From positions 324,539-388,538 of the forward strand of contig CAWEQU010000008.1 in the NCBI GenBank assembly GCA_963811305.1: a stretch of DNA of 64,000 nt, given 5' to 3'. Positions 29,672-38,499 of the stretch are shown here, one piece after another. This stretch comes from an uncultured Chloroflexia bacterium (GTDB lineage: Bacteria; Chloroflexota; Chloroflexia; QHBQ01; JADMIH01). The translations under genes and the position numbers were made by a program. Numbering within the stretch: position 1 is the first letter of the stretch; each line of letters begins with the position of its first letter. The notes under the pieces were generated by a model. That model did no database searches and had not been told where the DNA came from. It saw nothing but the letters and a program-made list of their open reading frames with translations.

Positions 29672-30822
29672 ATGATTATGTCAAGTATGGGACGTACCGG
29701 GTGGCGTTGGATTACGCTTCTTTTGATGCTTCTTGTCATGACAGGCAGCCAGCAGCCCATAGCGACATTGGCACAGTCACAATCTGGACTGCCGCACCTT
29801 TCCCGAAACGGGGAGGTCGGTGTGCGGCCTATTCCTGACGTACTGGAACGAGCATGGCGCTCTCGCCCAGCAGGGGTTGCCCATGACCGGGGAGTTCGCG
29901 GAAGTATCCGAGACCAATGGCAAGATGTACACGGTCCAATACTTCGAGCGGGCGGTCTTCGAGAAGCACCCGGAGTATAAGCCCCCTTACGACGTGCTCC
30001 TCTCACTCCTCGGCAATAGCTTCTACAGGCAGATGTACCCCGGCGGCGCGCCCGCGCAAGAACCTAATACATCTCAAGGCTCGATACTGTTCGTAGAAAC
30101 GGGTAAGCGCCTGGGCGGTAAGTTCCTCGACTACTGGCGCACACGCGGCGGCCTAATGCAACAAGGCTTGCCTATCTCCGACGAGTTCATGGAGAAGAGC
30201 GAGTTGAATGGCGAGACTTATCGCGTGCAATACTTTGAGCGGGCGGTCTTTGAGCTACACCCTGAGAACAAGCCACCCTTCGACGTGCTACTCTCCCAGC
30301 TGGGCACCTACCAGGTGAAGCGAAAGTACCCTGATGGTGAGCCTGACCCCTGGACCGCGTCTGCGCCAGAGGGCGCTGAAGATCCCCACTCTTCCACCAG
30401 GAAGCGACTGCCCTACCAGCAAGGGGGCAGTCGTCGCATCGCAATTCGGCCTGGCGTTTGGTGATGGCCCTATCTACGCTGTGCTGGGTGCTGAAAGCGA
30501 CGGCATCGCGAGCTACGACAGCTCGCGCCAGGAAGAGGGCTGGTTCTACCTCAAAGTGCTGTGGCTGGGCAGCCCTGACTTCGATGGCCCGGTGCTCGTG
30601 CGAGGTCGCCAGATTGACGGACCCAACGAGCTAAAGTTTGGTGACGGCCCTAACCCCTCAAAGGAGCTAACCCTTACAACGGAAGGAAAACACATTTCCG
30701 GCTCAGGCTGGACCGACTGGCCCACGCAAACCCGGCTCCGGGGCGAGGGGTGCTACGCTTTCCAGGTGGATAGCATGAAGTCCACGCAAGTTGTTATCTA
30801 CAAAGCTGTAGCGAACCCATGA
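29672..30822 (+). pseudogene. secreted protein with two LGFP-like 'VQYFERA' repeats and an unassigned C-terminal domain, 2 frame disruptions
   Basis: A signal-like N-terminus (ORF 29672-29980) is followed by YWNEHGALAQQGLPMTGEF..YTVQYFERAVFEKHPE and YWRTRGGLMQQGLPISDEF..YRVQYFERAVFELHPE (ORF 29820-30464). The tail is in ORF 30334-30822. Confidence 0.6.
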
Positions 30823-30867
30823 GAACTGGAGATTAGATATCCGTAGCCAGGGTACAGTTATTCTCCT

Positions 30868-30897
30868 GTAGAGGCAGGCACGGGGTCCTGCCTCTAC
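30868..30897 (+). terminator. hairpin GTAGAGGCAGG-N8-CCTGCCTCTAC
   Basis: 11-bp perfect stem 46 nt after the stop at 30822, followed by a partly T-rich tract. Confidence 0.5.
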
Positions 30898-30947
30898 CCT
30901 CATATTTTGCCGAGAATGATTAAGCCCAATCTCCCTCGTACATAGGG

Positions 30948-30976
30948 TAGACAAGTCTACAATAGTACTCTATAAT
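30948..30976 (+). promoter_or_regulatory. candidate promoter TAGACA-17-TATAAT
   Basis: Hexamers at 30948-30953 and 30971-30976. It lies 113 nt upstream of ATG 31090, which has an AGGAGG SD. Confidence 0.4.
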
Positions 30977-31089
30977 GAAGCTTAATTATATTGTCAGATC
31001 CGAGTTCAGGCAGAGACTTATACCTGTCCTAACTCAGGTCTCATAAGCGCTATGCGCTTACAGGAGGTCTATCTCTAGGAGGCACAGCA

Positions 31090-31599
31090 ATGGGATATAA
31101 GGACAGATCGCCCGGACCTAGAATGGGCTTAGTCAATTTCATAGTTGGTGGCATAGCCGGATTTGTTGGAGCCAGCTATATCTTCGGCCTCAATTTTGAC
31201 CTGGGAAAAATAGCCAGCCAGGTTACATCAGGGAAGGCACTCTCGCAAGAGGCTATCAACCTGGCCTGGTTCGCAGCTATCGTGCTGGGCTCAGCGATAC
31301 TGGGCATGCTGTTACATATCGTGCAGGTAGTTCTGGGCCTGGCTGCAGGCCTGTTGGTGATAGGGGTCGTCATTGTTGGTGTAGCCCTGACTATCAATGG
31401 TGCTCACGCCTTTTTCTATGGTCCAGGTGGCCCGGCGAATAATCTAGGCAATGTGACCCTCGGCATAGTTGGGCTGATAATAGTGATTGTTGCAGGAGTG
31501 TTCTTCTTCAGAGGCTCTCACAGTCCCAGCGGTTCCTCTGCATCTTATGGAGATTATCAGCCAAATTCGCGATATGAGGCACAGCCTACCGAGTGGTAA
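31090..31599 (+). CDS. hypothetical membrane protein (about 4 TM segments)
   Basis: 169-aa ORF with a strong SD. It has hydrophobic segments and a Ser/Gly-rich tail. No family recognised. Confidence 0.55.
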   Translation: MGYKDRSPGPRMGLVNFIVGGIAGFVGASYIFGLNFDLGKIASQVTSGKALSQEAINLAWFAAIVLGSAILGMLLHIVQVVLGLAAGLLVIGVVIVGVALTINGAHAFFYGPGGPANNLGNVTLGIVGLIIVIVAGVFFFRGSHSPSGSSASYGDYQPNSRYEAQPTEW

Positions 31600-31860
31600 T
31601 GTACCCTCTAACAACGACTCCTTCCCCGGCTCCCCAAGAGCGGACCGAAACACCAACGGTAACGGGGCCTATAGGGTACTGGCAGCCTCCGCACTACGAA
31701 TTATATGGCAACAAACAGGATTAGCATCAATAAACATCCCTCACCAAAACGAAGGCAAATAGGCAACTCCGAACACATTCCGAACCAGGAGTAGCGTGTT
31801 GATTACTAATTCTCGTCTTCACGTGTGGCCTTGCTTTCGCCTTGCTCGCCACACCAAAGC

Positions 31861-31890
31861 TTGACGTTCAACCCTCATAGATGATATAGT
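31861..31890 (+). promoter_or_regulatory. candidate promoter TTGACG-18-TATAGT for the tRNA
   Basis: Hexamers at 31861-31866 and 31885-31890. The tRNA starts about 45 nt after the predicted start site. Confidence 0.4.
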
Positions 31891-31941
31891 TAAATTGCTC
31901 TGCGGACCCCTCTTCCAGTAAGTGCGTGGTAGCAGAAGCAT

Positions 31942-32016
31942 GGGCCTGTAGCTCAGTTGGGAGAGCGTTCGGTTCGCATCCGAGAGGTCAGCGGTTCGAG
32001 TTCCTGCTCAGGTCCA
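31942..32016 (+). tRNA. tRNA-Ala(CGC): tRNA-Ala, anticodon CGC, with a non-canonical T-arm
   Basis: Hand fold: acceptor GGGCCTG/CAGGTCC with G3:U70; D-arm GCTC-AGTTGGGA-GAGC; anticodon arm TTCGG-TTCGCAT-CCGAG; variable loop AGGTC. The T-arm is 19 nt (AGCGG-TTCGAGTTC-CTGCT) instead of 17. Discriminator is A and no CCA is encoded. Confidence 0.75.
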
Positions 32017-32160
32017 CATCCTAATTATCCAGCCCCAGTTCAGCTATGAGTGCGGGCTATTCTCTATTTCCCTACCCTATCATAAAACAGTGGCCTGCAT
32101 ATTGCTGGTAGCTGTAATGTAATTAATTTTGATTGCCTGAAGAGAAAGGAGAGCGCTGCA

Positions 32161-32385
32161 ATGGATAATTTGACGGTAAGGGGGATGTATGAAGATGGAG
32201 AAGTGACCCTCGCCGGACCTGTGAATGTAGAGGGTTGCTGGAGCGTGCAAGTCACATTCCTGGAGAGAGAAGATACCGATTTCGAGGCTAACCCGCACAG
32301 GCATGAAGCCCTGGCCGTTCCTGACCGAATGGAAGAGTTACACCGCCAGATGGAAAGCCAGAAGCCCCAGGTCGGACCATACTAA
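32161..32385 (+). CDS. small protein, DUF104/antitoxin-like N-terminus (orphan)
   Basis: AAGGAG lies 9 nt before the ATG. MDNLTVRGMYEDGEVTLAGPVNVEGCWSVQVTFLE resembles the small beta-barrel antitoxin pattern (x-G-x-Y-E-x-G-x-x). There is no adjacent toxin ORF. Confidence 0.35.
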   Translation: MDNLTVRGMYEDGEVTLAGPVNVEGCWSVQVTFLEREDTDFEANPHRHEALAVPDRMEELHRQMESQKPQVGPY

Positions 32386-32836
32386 GAGCGCATTTCAAAA
32401 CCCGCGACCAGCGCTGGGACGAAAGACGAAGGACGATGAGGGTTACTATGAGGTTTGAAATGCACTTCTAAGAACTCGTAACAAAACGGGCATGGACGAA
32501 TGTATCTGTCGCTCGGTTTTGTTAGGGGTTCTAAGAGCGAACGACAAACCTGGCAAGAAGTTATCTCAAAAATACGAATAGTTAGCCACAGGGCGGTATG
32601 TCACTACTTATGGCGGCCGCTCTCGTGGCCTGCCCTGATATAGAGCACAGAATTAACTGATTCTGGTGATACCGTAGCTTGACAGTTATGTTATCGTTAG
32701 CCTTCAGGAAGTGTTGAATCAGGCGTTCTTAATTCCTAAAGTAGATAGGCCATTCAAGCTACCCAGAGGGCGGCAACTCCGTTACTCAAGGGTTATTTCG
32801 ATTTGTCTGCGTGATGAATACGAAGGAGGCGACTAA

Positions 32837-33592
32837 GTGGAAACTTATGACACACCGGAAAAGAAATCACCAACTTATCAGCAAGAGCCACCCCCATATG
32901 GAGGGCCAGCCCCACCACAGAAACCTGCCGGCTATGGAGGGCCAACCCCACCCAATAATCGCCGCTGGCTGCTCTTGCTGTTGCCTTTGCTATTCTTCCT
33001 CATTATCATTGCGATAATCTTCCCGCCTTTTCCGCCTAACAATACGGTAACAACGCCTACGGCAGTTACTGTTCCTACGGTCGTTACCACCACAGTGGTA
33101 ACTCCCACGACCAGCATCACTTATCCTACAATAGAAGTACCGCCAGTCGTGACGCCCACGAACAGTGCAACAGGCACTCCAATCACAGCAGTACCCACCG
33201 CCACAGGTACTGCCATTGCAAGTGCCACTGCTACTGGCACAGGCACCATGAGTATACCCACAATAGGAACTGTCACGGACACGCCTACCCAGGAAACGGC
33301 TACTGTTACGGAGACTGCTACCGAAATTGTAACGAACACGGCTACCCTAGAGACTGCTACCGTTACCCGCACCCCCTCTCCGGGGCAAAGCGCAACTAGC
33401 GTGCCACCCTCAGGGGCGACTGCGACGGCTACTGTCTGTATAAATCTGCCTAAATGTGGTGTCGGTAATATTGATAGTGCCGGTGGAGGGGAAGAGCTGA
33501 ACGTAACGTTACTGTTGATAGGCTTGGCCTTAGCCTCGTTGTTTGCTGGCTTAGCATTACTAAGTCACAGCGCACTTAGGAACAAAAGCTAA
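32837..33592 (+). CDS. Pro/Thr-rich membrane-anchored low-complexity protein
   Basis: Pro-rich N-terminus, TM segment (WLLLLLPLLFFLIIIAIIF), long T/P/A/V-rich region, then a C-terminal hydrophobic segment plus RNKS. Confidence 0.5.
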   Translation: METYDTPEKKSPTYQQEPPPYGGPAPPQKPAGYGGPTPPNNRRWLLLLLPLLFFLIIIAIIFPPFPPNNTVTTPTAVTVPTVVTTTVVTPTTSITYPTIEVPPVVTPTNSATGTPITAVPTATGTAIASATATGTGTMSIPTIGTVTDTPTQETATVTETATEIVTNTATLETATVTRTPSPGQSATSVPPSGATATATVCINLPKCGVGNIDSAGGGEELNVTLLLIGLALASLFAGLALLSHSALRNKS

Positions 33593-33596
33593 ACCA

Positions 33597-33660
33597 AAAC
33601 AGGACGCTCGCTTGGTAAGGAAGTCGGTGAGCATTCTCTACCAAGCGAGCGTCCTGTTTT
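33597..33660. terminator. bidirectional hairpin, 22-bp perfect stem
   Basis: aaaacaggacgctcgcttggta-N20-taccaagcgagcgtcctgtttt, between convergent genes. Confidence 0.65.
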
Positions 33661-33706
33661 GAACGTAGGCGGCGCAGGAGACTTTCCTTTTTATCTGGCA
33701 TTTCTT

Positions 33707-35248
33707 CTAGAAAGGCCCTCCCGAACAGCCGCGAACTCGTCCCAGGGGAGGCTCGTCAGTGCCATAGCACATAGAGCCTTCGTGGGCCTTCCCACACGTC
33801 AGCACGATATCACCCGGGCGTGCCAGCCCAATAGCAAACGCTATAGCCTCGGCCCGGTCGTGCACCTGCCAGAAATCCTTCCCCTCGGTACGCCCCGCAG
33901 ACTCCAGCGCGCTCGCTATCTGTGCTGAGATATCTTCTACCCGCTCGGTACGTGGGTCTTCCGCCGTAATCACCGTAAGGTTTGAAAGGCGGCCCGCGAC
34001 CTCACCCATTAGAGTGCGCTTTTCTCTGTCGCGTAGACCCGCCGATCCGAATACCGCTATGACCCTACCTTTGCGCGGTGCGACAAGCTCGCGGGCCAGA
34101 TCAAGGGTCTTTTCCAGGCCGTTCGGGGTATGCGCGAAGTCCACTACTACGTCGAAGCCGAGCGACTTAGCTTCCGCGACCCATTCCATCCGGCCACGTA
34201 TGTGATCTACGGCGGCCAGCCCTTGCTGTACAGCCTCTTTCGATACGCCGAGGGCCAGGGTCGCACCTATGGCGGCCATAGCGTTGTAGACGTTGTGCTT
34301 GCCGGGGAGGTGCATCTTTACAGGTATGTCAGCGAGTGGAGTTTGCGCCTTGAAGTGCGTTCCATCTGCCATGTAGGTTATCTCTTCAACGGTGATGTCG
34401 GGCTGCTTGCGCCTGTCGAGGCCGTATACCCACTGCAAATCGGCGGGTATCTTCTTGAGCCAGGCGTATGATTTGTCGTCTGCGTTTATCACCGACACTT
34501 TGGGCGTGCCCGGCTTGCGATGAGATGTGTTGAGCGCCTCGAACAGCCTGGCTTTGGCCGCCATGTAGTTCTCCCAGTTGCCGTGCCAGTCGAGATGCTC
34601 ATGGGTGACGTTGGTGACGACTGCCACATCGTAGTCCACGCAAAGGGTGCGGCCCTGGTCGAGGGCGTGGGAGGTAGTCTCAAGCACCGCTACGTCGGTC
34701 CCCGCTTCTACCATGTCGTGCAGGTAACGCTGCACGTCGAACGCTTCGGGGGTGGTGACGTGGAAGCCGGTGTCGTAGGAGCGTCCGGCTATCTCCGCAC
34801 GTATGGTGGAGATGAGGCCCGCGTTGCGCCCCGCAGTCCGCAAGATGGAGTAGATGAGGGTGGAGGTAGTGGTCTTGCCGTCAGTGCCGGTGACGCCGAT
34901 TACCTGTAGCTTGCGGGAGGGGTAGCCAAAGTATGCTGCGGAGAAGCGCGCCACTGACTCCCGGTCATTCGGCACGTGGACGTAGGGGATCCCCTCCGGC
35001 AATTCGGTAGGACGCTCAGAGCGAGAGCCTGCAACCGCGACCGCGCCTCGCTCCAACGCCTGCTGTATGAAGCGGTGCCCGTCGTGCAGGCTTCCCTTGA
35101 CTGCCACGAAGAGGCTGCCCGGTTCGACGCGACGGGAGTCTTCGGCGATGTGAGTTATGTCAACTTCATTCCCATGGGAGTTGAGTGTCCTGACTCCCTC
35201 TATGTTTGAGTCAGCCAGTAGTGCATTCAGGTTCATTCTCTTCTTCAC
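33707..35248 (-). CDS. murE: UDP-N-acetylmuramoyl-L-alanyl-D-glutamate--diamino-acid ligase MurE (C-terminal frame uncertain)
   Basis: GVTGTDGKTTT P-loop and Mur ligase middle and C domains are present. After the G4 run at 33745-33748, a 1-nt shift gives ..EPPWDEFAAVREGLSRRNAR* ending at TAA 33691-33693, which looks more native than the listed tail. Confidence 0.85.
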   Translation of the reverse strand: MKKRMNLNALLADSNIEGVRTLNSHGNEVDITHIAEDSRRVEPGSLFVAVKGSLHDGHRFIQQALERGAVAVAGSRSERPTELPEGIPYVHVPNDRESVARFSAAYFGYPSRKLQVIGVTGTDGKTTTSTLIYSILRTAGRNAGLISTIRAEIAGRSYDTGFHVTTPEAFDVQRYLHDMVEAGTDVAVLETTSHALDQGRTLCVDYDVAVVTNVTHEHLDWHGNWENYMAAKARLFEALNTSHRKPGTPKVSVINADDKSYAWLKKIPADLQWVYGLDRRKQPDITVEEITYMADGTHFKAQTPLADIPVKMHLPGKHNVYNAMAAIGATLALGVSKEAVQQGLAAVDHIRGRMEWVAEAKSLGFDVVVDFAHTPNGLEKTLDLARELVAPRKGRVIAVFGSAGLRDREKRTLMGEVAGRLSNLTVITAEDPRTERVEDISAQIASALESAGRTEGKDFWQVHDRAEAIAFAIGLARPGDIVLTCGKAHEGSMCYGTDEPPLGRVRGCSGGPF

Positions 35249-35325
35249 CTTGCCTTAGCTGAATTGGTTCCGTGGTCAATCTCTCGCTGAAGACGTTCAA
35301 TGCGCTCTTCCAATTGATATTCTCC

Positions 35326-35537
35326 TCAGAGGGTGCCTAAAAAGTGTAAAGCACGACGTAAAGCCGTGAATGTCATTCTGAACGAAGTGAAGGATCTACG
35401 ATTATTACGACAGTACACGCTCATAGATTTCTAGATTCTTCGCTTCGCTCAGAATGACAGGCTAATAAGTACAGTTCTTGGACACTTTCTCAGAATGACA
35501 GGGTAGTTTGTGCTTCTCTTTTTGGACACCCTCTCAG
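35326..35537. mobile_element. MITE-like nested palindrome, long form (copy 5)
   Basis: Outer arms are TCAGAGGGTGCCTAAAAAG and CTTTTTGGACACCCTCTCAGA. Inner arms are GTCATTCTGAACGAAGTGAAGGAT and ATTCTTCGCTTCGCTCAGAATGAC, plus an extra CAGAATGACAGGG fragment. It overlaps the stop of the 35534 gene. Confidence 0.7.
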
Positions 35538-36637
35538 ACCCCCATCTTCTGCAATTCTGACACGACCCTATCGAGAAAATCGTCCGCGTTACGCACGATG
35601 CCGAAAACTTGATGAGTGCCGCGGTCCATCAGCTTGTGGATGACGTTCTCCTGCTGGTCTATCGCTATCGTGTAAACAGGCTCCAGGGTGCCGTTGCGCT
35701 CTACGAAGGTGGGGAGCATGTTGCCGGTGGCGATGGAGTGCAGCATGGTCGCAAGCATTACTACAAGCGTCGCGCCCTGGGTGAAGAAGCGCATTTTATC
35801 TTGAGCTTCCAGCGCGTCGGTGATGACGCCTGGGAGAGGGCCGTCGTCTCGAATAGAACCCGCGAGGAGGAAGGGGATACCATAGTTGACGCAGGCGTGC
35901 ATGATGCCATCGGGCACGACACCGCTCTGCACAGCAGCGGCTATGCTCCCGGCGCGCCTCACCGTGTTTATTGCATCCATGTGGTGGCGATGCCCACCCA
36001 AGACGGTATGCCCCTCCACGTCCATGCCGAGGGCCGTGCCATACAGGGCCTGCTCAAGGTCGTGGACTGCTACGGCATTGCCGCCGAAGACCGCACCCAC
36101 GTAGCCATTTGCGATGAGCCACGCCATGCTGTCTCGCGCGCCCGCATGTACGACTGCGGGGCCTAGCACCCAGATGCTGCGCCCGTTACGTCGCTTGTCC
36201 CACTCCAGCAATTCGGCCATGCGGCGGTAGTTCAGGGGGCGCTCCCGCGATGCGCCGCCAGACATGAAGCGAAACGCCTCTTCCTGGCCTGCACCCTCCG
36301 CCTGGAAGCCGGTAGAGTGGACGAAGAGGCCGTAGCTGCCATCCTCTGCCGTGCCTGTTACAACCTGTTGCCCCGCCCGGATTCTACGTAGCTCGGTGCA
36401 GACATACTCTTTCTCTTTCTCGTCCCATACGATCACGCCGTCCATACGCTGCCGCTTCACCAGTCGCCACTCGCCATCGTGCTTGATGTAGGTGGGGAAG
36501 TTGGTCGAGGAGTAGAAGGTCTGCGGGGCCAGACCATCGGCGGGCGCGGGCTCCATAGCCCTATCGGGCGACTGCATGAACATTGGGCGGGTGAAGTCGG
36601 GCGGGGTGTATTTCAGGTCGAAGTCGTAAGTAGCCAA
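35534..36637 (-). CDS. LOR/SDH-like, TIGR00300-type protein (tentative)
   Basis: ..WVLGPAVVHAGARDSMAWLIANGYVGAVFGGNAVAVHDLEQALYGTALGMD.. matches my recollection of that family. The ORF is intact. Confidence 0.4.
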   Translation of the reverse strand: MATYDFDLKYTPPDFTRPMFMQSPDRAMEPAPADGLAPQTFYSSTNFPTYIKHDGEWRLVKRQRMDGVIVWDEKEKEYVCTELRRIRAGQQVVTGTAEDGSYGLFVHSTGFQAEGAGQEEAFRFMSGGASRERPLNYRRMAELLEWDKRRNGRSIWVLGPAVVHAGARDSMAWLIANGYVGAVFGGNAVAVHDLEQALYGTALGMDVEGHTVLGGHRHHMDAINTVRRAGSIAAAVQSGVVPDGIMHACVNYGIPFLLAGSIRDDGPLPGVITDALEAQDKMRFFTQGATLVVMLATMLHSIATGNMLPTFVERNGTLEPVYTIAIDQQENVIHKLMDRGTHQVFGIVRNADDFLDRVVSELQKMGV

Positions 36638-36642
36638 TGGAC

Positions 36643-36933
36643 TTAACCCGCCTGACTTAGCGCGGGAGCGGACACTTCTACCGCCAACTCAACAAAATAT
36701 GCTTCATCGTCCTGGTCGGCGCTCAACGGCATTTCGTAGTTATCCTCTGCCATGCCTTCCAGGTGCAATTGCAGGGCTTCACGCATGAGCCTCAACGTTT
36801 CTTCTAAGGTCTTACCTGTCGCTACGCAGCCTGGCACTTCCGGGGCATGAGCGGAGTAATTCCTGGGACTTTTCCCTACCACCACCAGAATTCTGTATGG
36901 TCTTAGCATCTTCTGTCCTTCTTTGATTGGCAT
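36643..36933 (-). CDS. HicB-like antitoxin (orphan)
   Basis: YRILVVVGKSPRNYSAHAPEVPGCVATGKTLEETLRLMREALQLHLEGMAED. No hicA is adjacent. The real start may be MLRPY. Confidence 0.65.
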   Translation of the reverse strand: MPIKEGQKMLRPYRILVVVGKSPRNYSAHAPEVPGCVATGKTLEETLRLMREALQLHLEGMAEDNYEMPLSADQDDEAYFVELAVEVSAPALSQAG

Positions 36934-37015
36934 AATGCTTACATGTTACCACAGATATAAGAGGTAAGGTGGGGTGGTTCTACGTCACTAAGCGTAGCCC
37001 GCTCTTGTGAATAGC

Positions 37016-37178
37016 TCAGAGGGTGTCCAAAAAGTGTAAGGCAAAGTGTAAAGCAATGAGTGTCATTCTGAACGAAGTGAAGAATTTACGATTTACAGTA
37101 TACCCTTAGAGATTTCTAGATTCTTCGCTTCGCTCAGAATGACAGGTGGAGAGTTACACTTCTTGGACACCCTCGCAG
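37016..37178. mobile_element. MITE-like nested palindrome, long form (copy 6)
   Basis: CAGAGGGTGTCCAAAAAGTGTAA .. GTCATTCTGAACGAAGTGAAGAAT .. ATTCTTCGCTTCGCTCAGAATGAC .. TTACACTTCTTGGACACCCTCGCAG. Confidence 0.75.
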
Positions 37179-37185
37179 ACGCAAG

Positions 37186-37875
37186 TTAACTTGTCCGGGC
37201 TTGTAGTCTATGCTGAACCGCATCACCTGTTAACTCTTTGAGCGCGTCTGAAGCAATCCACCGGGCGCTTCTGGAGTCCACCTCGGCTATAGCGTGAGCA
37301 GCTTCGATGGCAGCCTCATTCAGACTTTTGTTGCGCTTGCCTATCTGCCGTAGCGCCCAGTTTAGCGCCTTTTTGACAAAGTTCCTGCCGTCTGTGGCTT
37401 CCCTCTTGATTGCGGGTAGGAATTCGATGAAGCGTGCGTCGGGAGCTTTCTTGTCATGGACGGCAAGGTAAGCCATGAGCGCGAAGCCTGCGCGCTTGAC
37501 GTACTCTTCTTCTCGATGAGTCCATTCTAACGCTTTCCGATAGCTGATTGGGGTCTTGTCGAAGAGGTAGCCGCAGCAGGTATCGCATATGTCCCAGGAG
37601 TTGAAGTCGCTAACCCATTGCTCCATCTGCGCCTCGGTTACAGACCTGGGGTCGTCTATCATGCAAGCGAGCAGGCGAGCTTCGTGTATGCCTGATGCCC
37701 ATAGCGACTGAGCCAGGTCGTGATCCTTTCCGATTTCTTTTGCGAGTTTCTGTAAGGTGGGCGAGGAGATGCCGCCCAGTGAGTTGGTGGTTGTTATGCC
37801 GAAGCGGGCCATGCCTGCCAGGCCATCGGGGTTAGATAGGTTGCGGAGGCGGGCTATTGCTTCTTCAACAGTCAT
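37186..37875 (-). CDS. DNA alkylation repair protein (AlkD/AlkC-type HEAT repeats)
   Basis: MTVEEAIARLRNLSNPDGLAGMARFGI..LQKLAKEIGKDHDLAQSLWASGIHEARLLA... I prefer the start at 37875, directly after the parE stop. Confidence 0.75.
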   Translation of the reverse strand: MTVEEAIARLRNLSNPDGLAGMARFGITTTNSLGGISSPTLQKLAKEIGKDHDLAQSLWASGIHEARLLACMIDDPRSVTEAQMEQWVSDFNSWDICDTCCGYLFDKTPISYRKALEWTHREEEYVKRAGFALMAYLAVHDKKAPDARFIEFLPAIKREATDGRNFVKKALNWALRQIGKRNKSLNEAAIEAAHAIAEVDSRSARWIASDALKELTGDAVQHRLQARTS

Positions 37876-37877
37876 CT

Positions 37878-38168
37878 CTAACTGTCCACCTCTTCCTGCC
37901 AATTCTGCGCGCCATGATACACATGGTAGATTACTACCGCGTCTGATGTAATGCCATAAACAACGATATAAGGGGAACGTGCAATCACTAGCTCACGGGT
38001 TTCAGCTACATGTCCGGGCCTCCCTAAGAAGGGCTGCTCCAACAACCTTTCTACCGCCTTTAGGATAATGTTTTCTACAAGCTCAGCAGCATCAGGGTTG
38101 CGCTCCCCCAAATATTCCAGGATTGCCCTGATATTCCGTCTGGCTGGAGTGGTCCAACGGATACGCAT
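37878..38168 (-). CDS. parE: ParE/RelE-family toxin
   Basis: MRIRWTTPARRNIRAILEYLGERNPDAAELV..PFLGRPGHVAETRELVIARSPYIVVYGI..VVIYHVYHGAQNW. Confidence 0.8.
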   Translation of the reverse strand: MRIRWTTPARRNIRAILEYLGERNPDAAELVENIILKAVERLLEQPFLGRPGHVAETRELVIARSPYIVVYGITSDAVVIYHVYHGAQNWQEEVDS

Positions 38169-38410
38169 TACCGCTCACGTCGCCAGTTACGCACTTCCTC
38201 AACCACAACAGAATGGTCTACAACATCGCCCGCTTCGTAAGCCCTTATCCCTTCCTCAACCGCCTCCAGGAACTGCACTTCTTTGGCAAGATAGGAACGT
38301 ATAGCTTCGCCTACTACCCAGGAGCGGCTGCGGTTGGTGGCTGCGGCCAGGCGGTCAAGCTGCCGCCCCACGTCTTCGGGAACGCGGGCCGATACAGAAA
38401 TATCCTTCAT
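38168..38410 (-). CDS. ribbon-helix-helix (CopG/ParD-like) antitoxin
   Basis: MKDISVSARVPEDVGRQLDRLAAATNRSRSWVVGEAIRSYL... It overlaps the parE start by 1 nt. Confidence 0.75.
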   Translation of the reverse strand: MKDISVSARVPEDVGRQLDRLAAATNRSRSWVVGEAIRSYLAKEVQFLEAVEEGIRAYEAGDVVDHSVVVEEVRNWRRER

Positions 38411-38499
38411 GGTGTCTCCTTTGTGTTAAAAGTCTCATTTGTATACAAGATACACCATCCTACTATTAAGTCAAGTTCTTTATGACTAAAAAGAATGGG

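Noticed and set aside
32017-33660. A prophage or integrative element inserted at the tRNA-Ala gene.
   Set aside because: There is no integrase, no phage genes, and no recognisable direct repeat of the tRNA 3' end. Only a compositional impression and small accessory ORFs support it.
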